Shown: piece by piece, positions 13,001-25,169 of the stretch
How the letters are laid out: the number at the start of each line of letters is the position of its first letter
Numbering within the stretch: position 1 is the stretch's first letter
NCBI RefSeq assembly: GCF_040938485.1
Contig: NW_027271533.1
Coordinates: forward strand, 434,001 to 498,000
DNA length: 64,000 bases
Reading direction: 5' to 3'
Source of the DNA: Diadema antillarum
Lineage: Eukaryota
Position numbers and translations under genes: made by a program
The notes under the pieces: model-generated
What the model was told of the DNA's origin: nothing
What the model saw: only the letters and a program-made list of their open reading frames with translations
The model's database searches: none

Positions 13001-16000
13001 CAATCAAAATGTTATTTTAAATTCGAATTTGAAAATTTGAATTTGAATTATACTCTCACAGGTCAAGAACGGCAGATCTATTCTATCCGACCGTCTACCG
13101 CACGCCTGGAGTGGATTCCCGGCGCATGGCTCGCTGCACTCGACGTCGGACGCGAGAGTCCAGCTCGACGACGGGCGCCTCGAATGTGCAGCAGAAGCAC
13201 TGCGAGGAGGGGAAACACGAAAGGAGTGGTACGTAATGTCATTTACTATCATGTCATTTAAGTGATTTTATGCATTAAAGGGGAAATGCAGTCCAAATAT
13301 CAAGTTAATCACAATAAGAAAAAGCAAAATATTACAAGTTCAAGGGTAAATTTTGATTGAAATGGAGTCAAAATGAGGAAGTTATGACATTTTGAGGTTT
13401 CGCTAATTTTTTAGGAAACAATTCTTGAACAGTCGATATGAGTATGCAAATGACAAAGTAAGAATGTCATCCCCTCACAACCTACCATATAGTTTGTACA
13501 TAAAATTTTGGATGCTGTTCGTTATTCCGAAGGTTCGCTATTCCGAAGGTTCGTTATTCCGAAGGGTCGTTAATCCGAAAATGAAAAAGGGTTTGTTAAT
13601 CCGAACATTTGTGGCGTTATTCCGAAGGTTTGTTATTCCGAAGATTGGTCAATCCGAAAAATGAAATTCGGAACAATGAAACCTTCGGAATAACGAATCT
13701 TAGGGATAAAGACCCTTCGGAATAACGAACCATTGGAATAACGAGCTGTAACCAAAATTTTGAAATTTCCAGTTTTTTCATTCAAACGCAATTATGCCCG
13801 AGGCTCAAATCCTGGTCTAACTGATCACTATTCTGAACTTATTCAACCAGACTAACATTTATTATTGTTTCAGACTTCAATGACAGAAACATTGAATTTT
13901 CGTCATTTTCTTTTTATCTTGTACACGATCAATGAAAAATTGTGAGCTTATGACATGGTTAGTTAAGTCATTTGCATATTCATATCATTTGGACAAGAAC
14001 CGTTTTGCAGAAATTAGCAACACTAAATGTCATTAATTCCTTTTTTTTTTCATCCGATTTCAGTCAAATATCTACCGTATGAACTCGTCAGATTTTCTTT
14101 AAAGCTTAAAGGTACTGCTTACCATCGGGAGCAGTAATTAAAAAAAAAATGAGATATCACTTTTGATGCATATGTGTAATTCAGTTGTAATCCAAAAATA
14201 TCCTACCATACAAAAAAATTCACAGTAAGCCTAAAATTATACGAAGATATCACTGTTTTTCTCATTAAACCATAACTGTAGACGGTATAGTCAAGAAACA
14301 TTTTTACCATAGCTATTGTTCACATTTTGTATATTTCACAATAGTTAACATTGATATACTGATTTAATTTTTTACATTGGTTGTTTCTTCTATCCCTTTC
14401 TCACATTTTTAAACTATTTTGAAGCGTTAAATTTCGGGGCGGGGGAGGTGTTTGTTTCATCTGCAAATTGATAAATTGAACAAGCCAGTGATAGTGGAAA
14501 TAATGTGACCTTCTTGGCCCTTCAACTTTCTTGATGCAAAGAAAAATCAAAAGAAACAAAGGGAAAGATGACCAATATATATATATATAGCTTGGACATG
14601 CACTAGGTAGGTTTTGTTCCTTTACAACTCTCATGCAGTCCTGACTGCTGGTCATTCTCTCACTCAGGAAGGGGCCATTTGTTTTGTAGTTTGTTTGTGT
14701 TTGTTTGTTGTTGTTGCTGTTTTAATGCTGCTTAGGGAGGCCTATACATAAAAAACACGCATTCATCTCGTGGTAAATTGAATGCAACAGTTTTAGTATA
14801 AACATAATCAAAGCCCTTTATTCGAGTGGGCATTAGCATGCTGCCTCCCCGAATTTTACATTTTTTCTTACTTCCTTTTGCCTCCTTGCTTCTCAATTCC
14901 AAAACACTTACAGATGTGTTGTTTAGTTGCTTTATTTTATTCTGATCAATATCCCGTTTGCCCGTGAATGAACGTTAGGATAACGGATATTTACCCAACC
15001 TTCCCTAAAGTCCTTATGATGAACGTGTATGGCACGCCATTTGCCCAATAATTCCGAAAAACTATGTTTATCGCCGATAAACACTGTTTATCGGCGATAA
15101 ACAGTGTTTTTCGTCCGATAAACATAGTTTTTCCAGAAAAACTCTTTTTACACTCGATAAACATAGTTTTTCGCGATAAACTAACTATGTTTATCGGGCG
15201 AAAAACATTATTTATCAGCGATAAACAGTTTATCGCTCAAAAAACTGTTTATCGGCCGATAAACATTGTTTTTTTTTCCCGAAAACTGTGTTTATCATTC
15301 GATAAACATAGTTTTCCCAGAAATTTAGTTTATCGGTCGAAAAAACATTGTTTACCCCGCCGATAAACAGTGTTTATCGGCGATAAACATAGTTTTTCGG
15401 AATTATTGGGCAAATGGCGTGCCATGGTGCGTGTTCTCAGGTAGCAGATTAATATCGAATTCGTTTCAGCACTGGGGCTGCAGTTTGCGTGCCTCTCTAG
15501 CTTTAAAGGTCCTGTTTACCTTTGGGTGCAGTGATTAAAAAAAAAAGATGTTCAAGATATCATATTTGATGCGTACGTGTAGCTCTGTTGTATCACAAAA
15601 TATCCAACAATCAGTTTTGCAACAACGCCTAAAATATAAGGAGATATCAGTATTTTCTTTTTTCATTAAACCATTTAGTGTAGATGGTTAGTCTGGAATT
15701 TTTTTGTTAGACTCTTGTTCGCATTGTGTGTATTTCACAATACTTAACATCGATTATACGGATTCAAATTTCTACAGTTGTTGTTTTTATCCCTAAGTTA
15801 CATTAATTTTAGAAATATTTTAAAGCACTACTGCTGGGTTTTTGTTTTTTCTGGAAATGGTAAATCATGCCTTTGATGCTCATTTTTGGTATTAGTTCTT
15901 TGTCGGAATACACGGAAGTAATCCTTACCTTATAGGGCAAATATGTTATGAGAAACAAAATTTTCTTTGGGCTGTTGTCTTTGGCACTATATCTTACACA

Positions 16001-19000
16001 AATGATACCGATATTGTGGATATAGAATAGTGTGCATAATTATGAATTTTCGTAATTTCGAGTGACATACTTCGGTTGCGTGAGCACCATGAGCTATACG
16101 TCTCACCTCTAATCCCGAACTTCCAGCATAATCGTAATACCGTTTGCATGCTGCGATGCAGTCGTCATTAGTTGTGATATTGTATTGAAAGAACACGGAG
16201 TTTGGAACGTAGCCGGGATTTCTTTGTTGGAAGCACCCAACGTATCCAAAATCTAAAGAAATGTAACAAAAGGAAAGCAAGTTTCGTTAAATTCTTTAAA
16301 ACAATGTATAAACATACACGCAAACTATGTATGTAATAATATAAATACTTAGGCCCTCTGGGTGTATTACATGTGACCGTGCATCACAAAACGAACAAAA
16401 ACAGCTATCCTTCTTCTCCATTATTTCTATGTTTGGCGTAACAAGAATGGGAAAGTGTGTTAGCAGCAGTTTTTCTACACCCCCCCCCCCCCTTTTTTTT
16501 TTGGAGAGTATGTAGTGTGATCAGGTGTGTCTTAGAGGTCCCTTTTCATTCTTGAAAATCCTTTTCACACTCTTCACTTTCAACTCTAATAACTTTTTGC
16601 GAGATACCAAGAAAGCACTTATGATATAGTACAAAGCATACCATTTTAAGAGGAATTCAAAGTTTCTTTGATGAAAATCGGATTTGGAATGACTGAAACA
16701 TCCAAAAACAAAGTAAAACAAAACGATCGTAATAAAGTGTGGGTCCCACACTTTATTAGAATCGCTCTGTTTTGGATATTTCAGCCATTTCAAAACCAAT
16801 TTTCATCGAATAAACGTTGAATTCCTCACGGAAATACATGCTTTTTCATATTTCATAAGTGAGTTTTCATTATGTCACCAAAACATGTTAGAAACCTGAA
16901 ATTAGGTCTCAACCAAAGCTATACGATCCCTTTAATGTTCCAGTGGTTTACATCCTGTTTTTTTTTTTTTTTTTTTTTTTTGGTCCCCTTCATCGCAAAG
17001 CTAGCACGGCTTGGTAAAGATAAGGTGCTTGAATAGACGCTGTACTTCAGAGCCTCTTTTCTCAGTTCACACTTGTCCAGAGTGTGTGCTCTCTTTTCAG
17101 TATTTAGATAGGTTCGGGGAGTCTATTTGAATTGAGTTAAACATCATTCTAAGGCTTATAGTCTGCTCTTTCAGAATCNNNNNNNNNNNNNNNNNNNNNN
17201 NNNNNNNNNNNNNNNNNNNNNNNNNNNNNNNNNNNNNNNNNNNNNNNNNNNNNNNNNNNNNNNNNNNNNNNNNNNNNNNNNNNNNNNNNNNNNNNNNNNN
17301 NNNNNNNNNNNNNNNNNNNNNNNNNNNNNNNNNNNNNNNNNNNNNNNNNNNNNNNNNNNATGCAAATGTCCCTTTTTTTTGGGGGGGGGGGTGGGGACAG
17401 TGTAAGTCGATGGGGGTCAAGAGTCAATGGCAACACTGCCTTCACCACCCTAACCTAGCTTGCCTAGCAATGGCTTTTGTTGTGGTTTTGCTTTCATATT
17501 TTGTGTTTTTGTTTGTTTGTTTTTTGGGGGGGGGCGATTTTTATATATGCGTGTGTGTATGGGGAGGGGGTGGGGGTGGGGGAAGCTGCATGTCCCTTCT
17601 CCGCGGCATGTGTATATGAATATCATATGAATATCATATAGCGCTGTGGCACTGTGGATACGGGCAGTGAACACACTGAAGAGGTTACCCTGGATAAAAA
17701 AGACCTTATTCATTATTGTCATTGTTGTTGTTGTTACTATTATCATTATTGTCATCATCATCGTCATTACTATTGTCATTATTATTATTATTATTATCAT
17801 TATGTGCATATATGTAAAAAAAAATAATGCATACACAAATGCAATCATATGAATACACAGGTATTATACTTCCATGCACACAAACGGATATGAATACATT
17901 GTAGTCATACAATATGTAAATGATGTGAAATATGCACAATTCTTTTTGTATTTCTGTTTGTTTTGTACATAATATCCCTACTGCCATATACAGGCATAAC
18001 CAAATCACACGATTGCTGAAGCTGGATGCGGTCATAATACTTTGGTATTTCCGGTGCTCCACATATTCTTCATTAATTAGAATAAGCATAAAACCTTTTA
18101 TCACTAGTTTGGAAATGTCAAAAATTTACAACTAACCTTGACAGATGACAGATATGGCTTCCCTTGCAAAACAAAATGTAACAGTGGTTCTGTCGACAGG
18201 ACAGGACAACAGGTCATTTTCACCTGCAGTAAAAAGACAAGATGTTAACAACAGGTGACAAGAGTAAGAAACCAATAATGAAATAAACGATTTTAAACGC
18301 ATTATTTTCAGACTTACCCGAAGCATTCGATTGCATGATTCATAGTATCGTTATTAACAAGATGAAAATGTATGGTGTGAGAGGCACGGCGGTGGATTCG
18401 GGAAATGTACAAATCTCTATTAGCCCGTTGAGGATGATTTGATTTTGCTACAGCACAAATTTCCCATAGAGGCTTGCACGAGTACTACTCGGGACTCTTC
18501 CTCCATGCCTCGATGAGTAATTGCATCAAACTACAACAAACTTTCAGTTTTGAAGGGAAATGTAGTCCTAAAAACGCATCGGCAAATGAGCAAATCATTT
18601 ACTTCAACGATATTACGTGTGGATGGTAGATAAACTCGATCTATATCAGAATTGCTCATGAGCCTTTAGTGTTTTCATCCACTTGAAAACGTTACAACGG
18701 ATTTTCACCAAACTAGGCAGATAGCATTCTTAGGGTGGTAGGAGCTCAATTTCTTTAAATGGGGGAGGGGGAGGGGAAGAACTTTGGATTTTATCCAATC
18801 TTCTTCAATTTGTTAAGAATAAATCTTCTATGGAACCAGAAGTGATGGTGCTGGTACATTTTCATGATTATTCGTAAGTGTATTCATGAATGTATAGCTT
18901 CATGTTTGCCATGGTGGATGAGGAAATGCCAAAAGAGGGGGAGGGAAGGGGGAAGAGGAACTTTCACATTTTCAGCTTCTTCCAGAAAACTCCACAACGG

Positions 19001-21970
19001 ATTTTCCCCAAAGTGTGCAAATTTGCAGTGGGGTGACAGAATATTATTATTTTTTTATAAGCACCTACCCCCACACCCCCAGAGGAGAAGTGGAGCCCAA
19101 GAGTCCCAAAACTATTGATTAAGCTGAAAAAAAAAAATGATGGTATCTCAATTTTTTTTTCTAAAAATAAAATGAATAATATTTCTCCCCTTACCCAATC
19201 AATCCTTATCTAGTGGAAAAGTCTCTGAAAATATGAAAATCAGGGAAATACGATATTCATTTGTATTAAATAAGCGCCTCCCCTCCCTTGAAATTTGTAT
19301 TAAAACCAAAAAAAAAACCAACCCCCCCCCCCTCCCCACCCCTTTTGGCATCCCCTCATCCTCCATAGTAACCTTGAAACTACTTTCATAAAACATAGAC
19401 TTATAGCACTGCATTAGCTGTCACTTCTGGTTCTTTTTGCAAAGTCCACAATGTCTGCTGCAGGGCATCCCTCAATCCTCTACAAGAAAACTTTAAACTA
19501 CACTATACAGTCATTAATGTCTTCATAGTAGCTCCATCTTTTTTGGTTCTAAAGAAGAAGACTTTGAAAATCCATAGTTTAGGGACTTTAAGGCTCCACC
19601 CCCACCCCCATGTTTAGAATGAAAGTGCTCGCTGCTGCCCTACGTGCGGTCCTCATCCAGTTGGGTACATTGCTCTTTGGTTATCGCGTTAAATGATACC
19701 CTGCCTATTTGTTTGTTTGTTTTTTTGTTTGTTTGTTCATTTTCCATCTGAGAAGATGGCTGCATAGCCCATATTCAGCTACACTAAGCTGGTCTTCTAT
19801 GGGGTCAAGTTGGATGTGAGGTAAAACCACTTCACCGGGTAAACACACTACTCTTTGCGATGAATGAATGAAGCGGGATCTTTTACGTGCATATGAGTTG
19901 TGATTCTCTCACACCCGGGACCTCCATTTTATGTCCTATCCGAAGGACAGAGTGTTTTGCCTCTTACTAGAGGGGACTGCCTGATTACACTCAACTGTAC
20001 ATTACTCAGTCCAGACTCGGGTTCGAACCCGGGTCGCTTTGGTCGGAGGCAGACGCGCTCTACCGACTGAGCCAACTCAACGACCTATAACAGTAGAGAA
20101 CGATAAAGTACATGCCCGTTACAATGACTACTGTTATTACTGGTATTGCAGCTGGCAAGACAAGGTCAAATCTTACTTCCGTTGCAGGAAATACGCCCCT
20201 GATTACCGACCGCTCGAGCACCGTCGCCAACCGCCGAGTTCCTCACAAAGCCAGGGTATCCGAGCTGACGGCACAGCACCTGACTGTTCTGGTTGCTCCA
20301 CGATTGGCCGCAGACCAATTCCCACACGTCGTTGGTTCGAAGTTCCAATAGTCCTTGATTGGGCCTGTCCCCTCCGCTCAGTCGAACCTCTACAGGTTGA
20401 ATTCAGCGGGTGAAATAACATAAAAGTGACATATATTATTGGGTGAGATGAGGATTGAGCTTTTAACTTTTTTTGCGAGATACTAAGAAAGCACTTATGG
20501 AATGTTACAGAGCATAATTCTAAGAGGAATTCAAAGTTTATTTGATGAAAATAGGTTCAAAAATGGCTGATATATCCAAAGACAAACTTAGACAAAGCAA
20601 TCCTAATAAAAGGTGGGTCCCATCTTTTATAAGAATCCCTTTGTTTTGTATATTTCAGCATTTCAAAACCAATTTTCATCAAATAAACTTTGAATCCATC
20701 TGAGAATCACAAGCTCTTTCGTATATTATATTCTATAGGAGGTTTCTCATTATCTCACAAACAAGTTGGAAGCCAGAAATCCTAACCCAAAACTATACCA
20801 TCCCTTTAAGTGTATGTAGACTAACCTGCACTAGACCAGTTCCATGCAACATTGCCCATGTAGCTATCAGTTGTTTGTTATGAGACAATGATAAGAATGT
20901 AGGAAAGCCAGTCTCCGCTAAATAATAAAAGTCGCCTTGTGCACACTGGCTTTCTACAGCACGTTGCGACATGCATGCAAAGCGCTTAATTACACTTCTG
21001 TCACACGTGAATGCTCATAATTTTTGGTAATGGAAAACAAAGGTTATCCTTTCTCTAGGCAGTTCGAATTGCCTACCTCGTTATCAGAATCCGCTCATGC
21101 AATGTTCAAATATTGCATACTACATGTTTACATAGAGAGAGGGGGGGGGGCTATTCATGTTTTTTAAGAATATTGAAACGTCAGAATATGAAGATAGAGA
21201 AGTAAAACAACTCACATAGGCACCATCGAATCTGTGAATGACCTGACAGTTGCAAAAACTACTGGAAAAAACCTATTTAAGTACTGTAATTCGCAGTCTT
21301 TTTTTCAACTACTGGCACCTTCTTGATCACGGTGTATTACACCACATGCGTAAGGGATCTGAACAGGGATATATTTTCAGTGCAATACCATTGTAGATGA
21401 TATTCATCACTGACCATTATGTTTAGTATGTCCTGTAATTAAAGTTTATCCCCACATTATGATAACTGTCGAAGCCATTAATATACACAATAGAGGCTGA
21501 GTACTTGTATCTTGCACGAAAATATTAATGCAGAAACATGTAGTTTGCTAATGTATCGTGGATACCAAACGAAAAGAGATGTGAAGACAGGGCTTACACA
21601 GAGAAAGATACTAATGGAATTTCAAGTGTCAAGTGTCAAGTTCAAAATCTATTTTACATCTTTTAATAAGGCAACAATAAAAGTGCTTCATAAATAAATG
21701 TTTAGATATGACGGTAATACAAAATACCTTATAACTTACGCCATACAATCATGATAGAATCATCACTAGCGTACAATTTAAAATACAGCACAAATATAAT
21801 ATAGACACATTATTATATATAGAATCTGAAATGTACAAACCTATTTGTCCATAGGAGGTGCGCAATACGCATGATATTCCGAGGAAAGCAACCAGTAGGA
21901 CTTCGCGCTTCATCTCAAATATCGACGCTTTCCTTGATGACGACGGCCGACGGCCTGAAGGAGCGGCCAT
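6454..21970 (-). CDS. Receptor gene A: SP-SRCR-WSC-sushi-S/T stalk-TM-Tyr-motif tail, about 545 aa if frameshifts are corrected; frameshifted as assembled
   Basis: Exons 21841-21970, 20177-20389, 18137-18223, 16107-16252, 13060-13199, 12082-12293, 10536-10602, 8725-8798, 6454-7027. All have GT-AG boundaries. Phases 1,1,1,0 join cleanly for E1-E5. E5-E8 need indel correction (net +1,+2,+1,+1) to keep the domain motifs in frame. Confidence 0.8.
7244..8252 (+). mobile_element. Tsp/pearl/DINE-1-like non-autonomous (Helentron-type) element
   Basis: Subterminal 13-bp inverted repeat TATGCCTCCGCCA (7272-7284) / TGGCGGAGGCATA (8236-8248), many TGACCTTTGACC cores, (GGAC/GTAC)n at about 8176-8205, 3' hairpin, A-rich ends. 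Confidence 0.7.
8725..8798 (-). pseudogene. Gene A exon 8, transmembrane, probable +1 insertion
   Basis: VIIISIVVSSVVVVIIVV, then VICVIK in the shifted frame; donor TG|GTGAGT. Removing 1 nt gives phase 1-2, as in the gene B TM exon. Confidence 0.75.
10536..10602 (-). pseudogene. Gene A exon 7, Ser/Thr stalk, probable +1 insertion
   Basis: Acceptor ttacttccaag, donor GTAAAT; reads AMGIEAESTTPSTTS(N)VITTST if one A of AAAT is removed (67 to 66 nt). Confidence 0.55.
12082..12293 (-). pseudogene. Gene A exon 6, sushi/CCP, several frameshifts
   Basis: FDARQGFCENLNPPRNG / RYGHTITF / CDQGFVLVGADSLRC...WNG / APPIC are spread over different frames. 212 nt is not a multiple of 3. Aligns to gene B exon 6. 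Confidence 0.8.
13060..13199 (-). pseudogene. Gene A exon 5, WSC C-half, one frameshift
   Basis: Starts CFC in frame 0 after cctcgcag, but DVECSEPCAGNPLQACG is in frame +1. 140 nt does not fit the phase 0-1 requirement. Confidence 0.8.
13275..14105. mobile_element. TTAAAGGG-type MITE with a nested ATTCCGAA-repeat palindromic MITE (about 13510-13753)
   Basis: TTAAAGGGGAA start. The nested segment has ttattccgaa repeats on the left and ttcggaataa repeats on the right. The right boundary is approximate. Confidence 0.55.
14106..14480 (+). mobile_element. TTAAAGGT MITE, copy 1
   Basis: Colinear with 15503-15875. Confidence 0.65.
15029..15425. mobile_element. Young MITE with a 68-bp perfect terminal inverted repeat
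   Basis: atggcacgccatttgcccaataattccgaaaaactatgtttatcgccgataaacactgtttatcggcg is mirrored exactly at the right end; internal tttatcg/cgataaa repeats. Confidence 0.88.
15503..15875 (+). mobile_element. TTAAAGGT MITE, copy 2
   Basis: Starts ttaaaggtcc, ends gcctttga; homologous to 14106-14480. Confidence 0.65.
16107..16252 (-). CDS. Gene A exon 4, WSC N-half
   Basis: DFGYVGCFQQRNP...DDCIAACKRYYDYAGSSGLE; 146 nt, phase 1-0, donor GTGAGA. Confidence 0.85.
16515..16935. mobile_element. Dispersed MITE family ending ATCCCTTTAA; related copies at 20461-20809 and, inverted, at about 4668-4970
   Basis: Shared text such as aactttttgcgagatac..agaaagcacttatg, aggaattcaaagttt, tcaaaaccaattttcatc. 16515-16600 matches the reverse complement of about 4668-4755. 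Confidence 0.7.
17179..17359. other. Assembly gap (181 N)
   Basis: N run. Confidence 0.99.
18137..18223 (-). CDS. Gene A exon 3, SRCR C-half
   Basis: SENDLLSCPVDRTTVTFCFAREAISVICQ; 87 nt, acceptor tttactgcag, donor GTTAGT; completes a 6-Cys group A SRCR. Confidence 0.85.
19708..20078 (-). mobile_element. tRNA-derived SINE, full length
   Basis: Minus strand has A box TGGCTCAGTCGGTAGAGC, B box GGTTCGAACCC, a central GCACGTAAAAGATCCC...TCGCAAAGAGTAG domain and an (AAAC)n tail. Confidence 0.82.
20177..20389 (-). CDS. Gene A exon 2, SRCR N-half
   Basis: EVRLSGGDRPNQGLLELRTNDVWELVCGQSWSNQNSQVLCRQLGYPG...ISCNG; 213 nt, phase 1-1, donor GTAAGA. Confidence 0.9.
21841..21970 (-). CDS. Gene A exon 1, signal peptide
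   Basis: MAAPSG...MKREVLLVAFLGISCVLRTSYGQI, donor G|GTTTGT (phase 1). The second Met at 21913 gives a classical signal peptide. Confidence 0.75.
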
Positions 21971-23530
21971 TTTCTCTCTGGATGTTATTTTTCCTGTTCT
22001 CTATAGACAACAAATGATTAGTTTCGTGCTCGGTACATGGATTTCTGACTGCCAAGCACTGTATGGGTACTGACGTGGGTGATACTACCGTGAGGCAATA
22101 GCTGGATGTGTAGAGCGAACCTCAGGAAGTGAACCGTGATTATGAAAGCAGCAAGAGCTGGGGGTCTAGTGTGAGATCTGCATGGTAGACCTATGTTGTT
22201 TGAAACCTAGATTGCTGGTACAAATTATAGCCAGTTGCTCTGCTTTTGAAATGAAGAAAGGATTACTCTCTTTGATCCCTTTTGATTTCATGGGAAATGC
22301 CTCTTAAAGTTGATTAGGTTTACGTTAATTTCGGGAGCAAAGATGAAGGCAGTTATACGTACCTAATTCATTTGCTGTTTTTAGTAAAGTAATTATGTTA
22401 TACCAAAAAAAATGAATAAAAAGAAGAAACCGTACACTTGTGAATGTAAGACCCAAAGAGCACATAATATTCCATGGATTTATATACATACAGGCCTTTA
22501 TTGCCCCTCATCTTAAATATTTTTTTTAATCAATTTTTCATAATATCTCTCTTCCTTCAAATGGAAACCTTTTATCACCTTTACCTAAGACAGACTGTCG
22601 TAGAATGTCAATTTCAGGAAGATTTAATTTACCGCTATAATCCAAATGTTGTTCAAGTTTAAGCGCCATCAATAAAAACTGTAAACAATATCATTCCCGT
22701 GTTTCTCCGATTATTCAACAATATAAACACATATTCCTTACAAATAACTGACAGATACCATGGATACGCAGCTCTTGTGCTCAAAATCGGCACTTGTAGA
22801 TAGAGGGTAGTGTTCTTGTTCGGTTTTTTTTTTGTACTTTCGTCTTCAATAATTATTGCTACAAATTGTATAATCTTTTTTTCATCTTGGGGTTTTAGTG
22901 TACAATGTTGCTGTTGATATGGTTTACGTGGACTCTTCGATAGAACAGCGCCATGCCCTGTGATATAGGCACGGCTAAGCAGGGTAATCCAGTCGTATTG
23001 CAATGAATATTAACGTTTGATCATCTAAAGTATGTACTCTTAATTGTTATATTGGTTGAGAGTATATGAGAGAAAATGATAGTATATTCAGTCCGAGATA
23101 TTTCGACGCTGACTGAAAACTAAAGTAAATAGAGCAAATAATATACAGTTTTGCATTTGCAAGCATTAGTTGTTCGTTGAGTTTTAGAGGTATTTCATGA
23201 GACTCTGCAATTGTTATTGTTGTCATTCTATCCAAGACGTGGTCTGTTTAAATTTTCTAAATTTTCTGTGATATGTTCAATATATCTTTATACGTTTGTA
23301 TGCATATGTTAGTATGTATGTGACTATTATTTTTTTTCTTTCGATCGTGACTCTTTCCAAATGTAGTAATGTCAAAAAGAGGCTTCACCTTTCTGTGCCA
23401 GGAGCATCACCGTATCACAGAATCCATAATCATAACTATTGTCATTATTACTAACAACAAATACATTGTACACACCTATTTATCTATCCTTATACCTGTA
23501 AATGTTGTTTATACAGACAAAACTATACAG

Positions 23531-23672
23531 NNNNNNNNNNNNNNNNNNNNNNNNNNNNNNNNNNNNNNNNNNNNNNNNNNNNNNNNNNNNNNNNNNNNNN
23601 NNNNNNNNNNNNNNNNNNNNNNNNNNNNNNNNNNNNNNNNNNNNNNNNNNNNNNNNNNNNNNNNNNNNNNNN
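23531..23672. other. Assembly gap (142 N)
   Basis: N run. Confidence 0.99.
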
Positions 23673-25169
23673 CACTTTTCAATATCAGGGATGTAAAACA
23701 TACTTTCAAGATACTGATGGTATTTCCTTTACGATTGTAACAACACTTTAACTCAGTCTTGCAGGCAAAATGATTCCATGCTTGTCATAATCATTTTATT
23801 ACAGTATTCGTTTTATCAAGCAACATGTACACAAAAGGTGAAATCGGAGTAGTCTGACCTGAGGTGCAGTCAATCCTCCGGCACGTTGTATAAGAAGGAA
23901 GCACAAATAGTAAAATTCACCAAATTTCACTTCAAATATCGAAACATGCCTTAATCCATCACCCTATTTCTAGTCAGGTAGCGTAGGATATCATCCAATA
24001 AGTCAGAAATATCAATCTGTGCCCCCATCCACAACCCGCTGTCCGCATATGCATGCAGGGAAATACACAATTCATACCGCATGATAATGGTGAGCGTACA
24101 GGTACGAGACAAAATGCTATCTTTTTTGTCGAAGTAGAGGAGCAAGTGCCAAACCAGACTTTGCCACGGCACACGTGGCGCTGTCACAAGTTTGCCATAC
24201 TAATTATTATGGCTTTTTTAATGGTATTGTCTAACTATGGAGTGTGCTACACCCTCCAGTATCTGACAGGGGCCGCGTGGGAGGTAGCATGCTCCGCTTG
24301 GGCAACATTGATGAAATGGCGTTACACCTAAATGACGAAATCAGGCCCGACTATCACACACACAATAAAATGCTCATAGACAAAACAACTAAAATCCAGT
24401 GACCCGAAACCAGCAATATCACCCATGTTTACTCCATGAAGCTTATATATAAGATGTCAGGACTGAATTTGATATGAATTAGACATGAAGAGTGTCAAGA
24501 ATCTGGTAACTTTTTTACTTTCAGTTGAATGTTTCACCTAATCCTTACTTTGCTACTTTTGTGCAATTATTATATTCTTAATGATATGCTTTTCAGAAAT
24601 GGGAAAATTAATTGAAACTAACGTAACTTTTCGAAGTATTGCTAAGATTAATATTCGGGTCATATTTTGGTTTAATAAGCTTTCAAGTTCATGCCAAGTG
24701 GTGTGATCTCCTCTCATTCCTAATCTCAAACAAAGGGGAATTCTCTTCTTCTTCCTCTTCAATATTTCACCTAATCTGTAATTTTTCAAATTAAAAACAG
24801 TGGCAATTTTTTGGCTCTGTTTTTGCCAATCAATGATTGTCGATCATACTACGAAATGTGGCCAGAGCTGATATCGGACCGTTTAAACTCCAAAATTTGT
24901 TTCTGGTTTGTTTGATTTTTCTAATTAACTTTGTTTCCAGCGCTGCCGGCACAGGTGTGAAATATAGCCAGTCTATACTCTACAACTCGATAAAAAGCAA
25001 AATGAATATTCCAAAAAGATCAATCCTGATACACAGATAAATCTATAACCTTTCCTAAAATAAGATGTTATGCAAGATAAGACTACGCTATCATGTAGTA
25101 GTAGTTGTAGTAGTATAGTAGTAGAAGTACTAGCAGCAGTAGTAATAGTAACAGTAGAAGTAGGAATAT

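Noticed and set aside
15064-15366. Regular short repeats resembling a CRISPR or iteron array (also 3430-3910, 13515-13750, 33960-34690)
   Set aside because: No constant repeat with unique spacers; all lie inside TIR-bounded transposons in eukaryotic DNA.
17097-17448. ORFs spanning N runs (also 23369-23740)
   Set aside because: Open only because of assembly gaps.
23951-24331. GC-richer block with ORFs on both strands upstream of gene A
   Set aside because: No recognisable domain and no phase-compatible partner exon; left unassigned.
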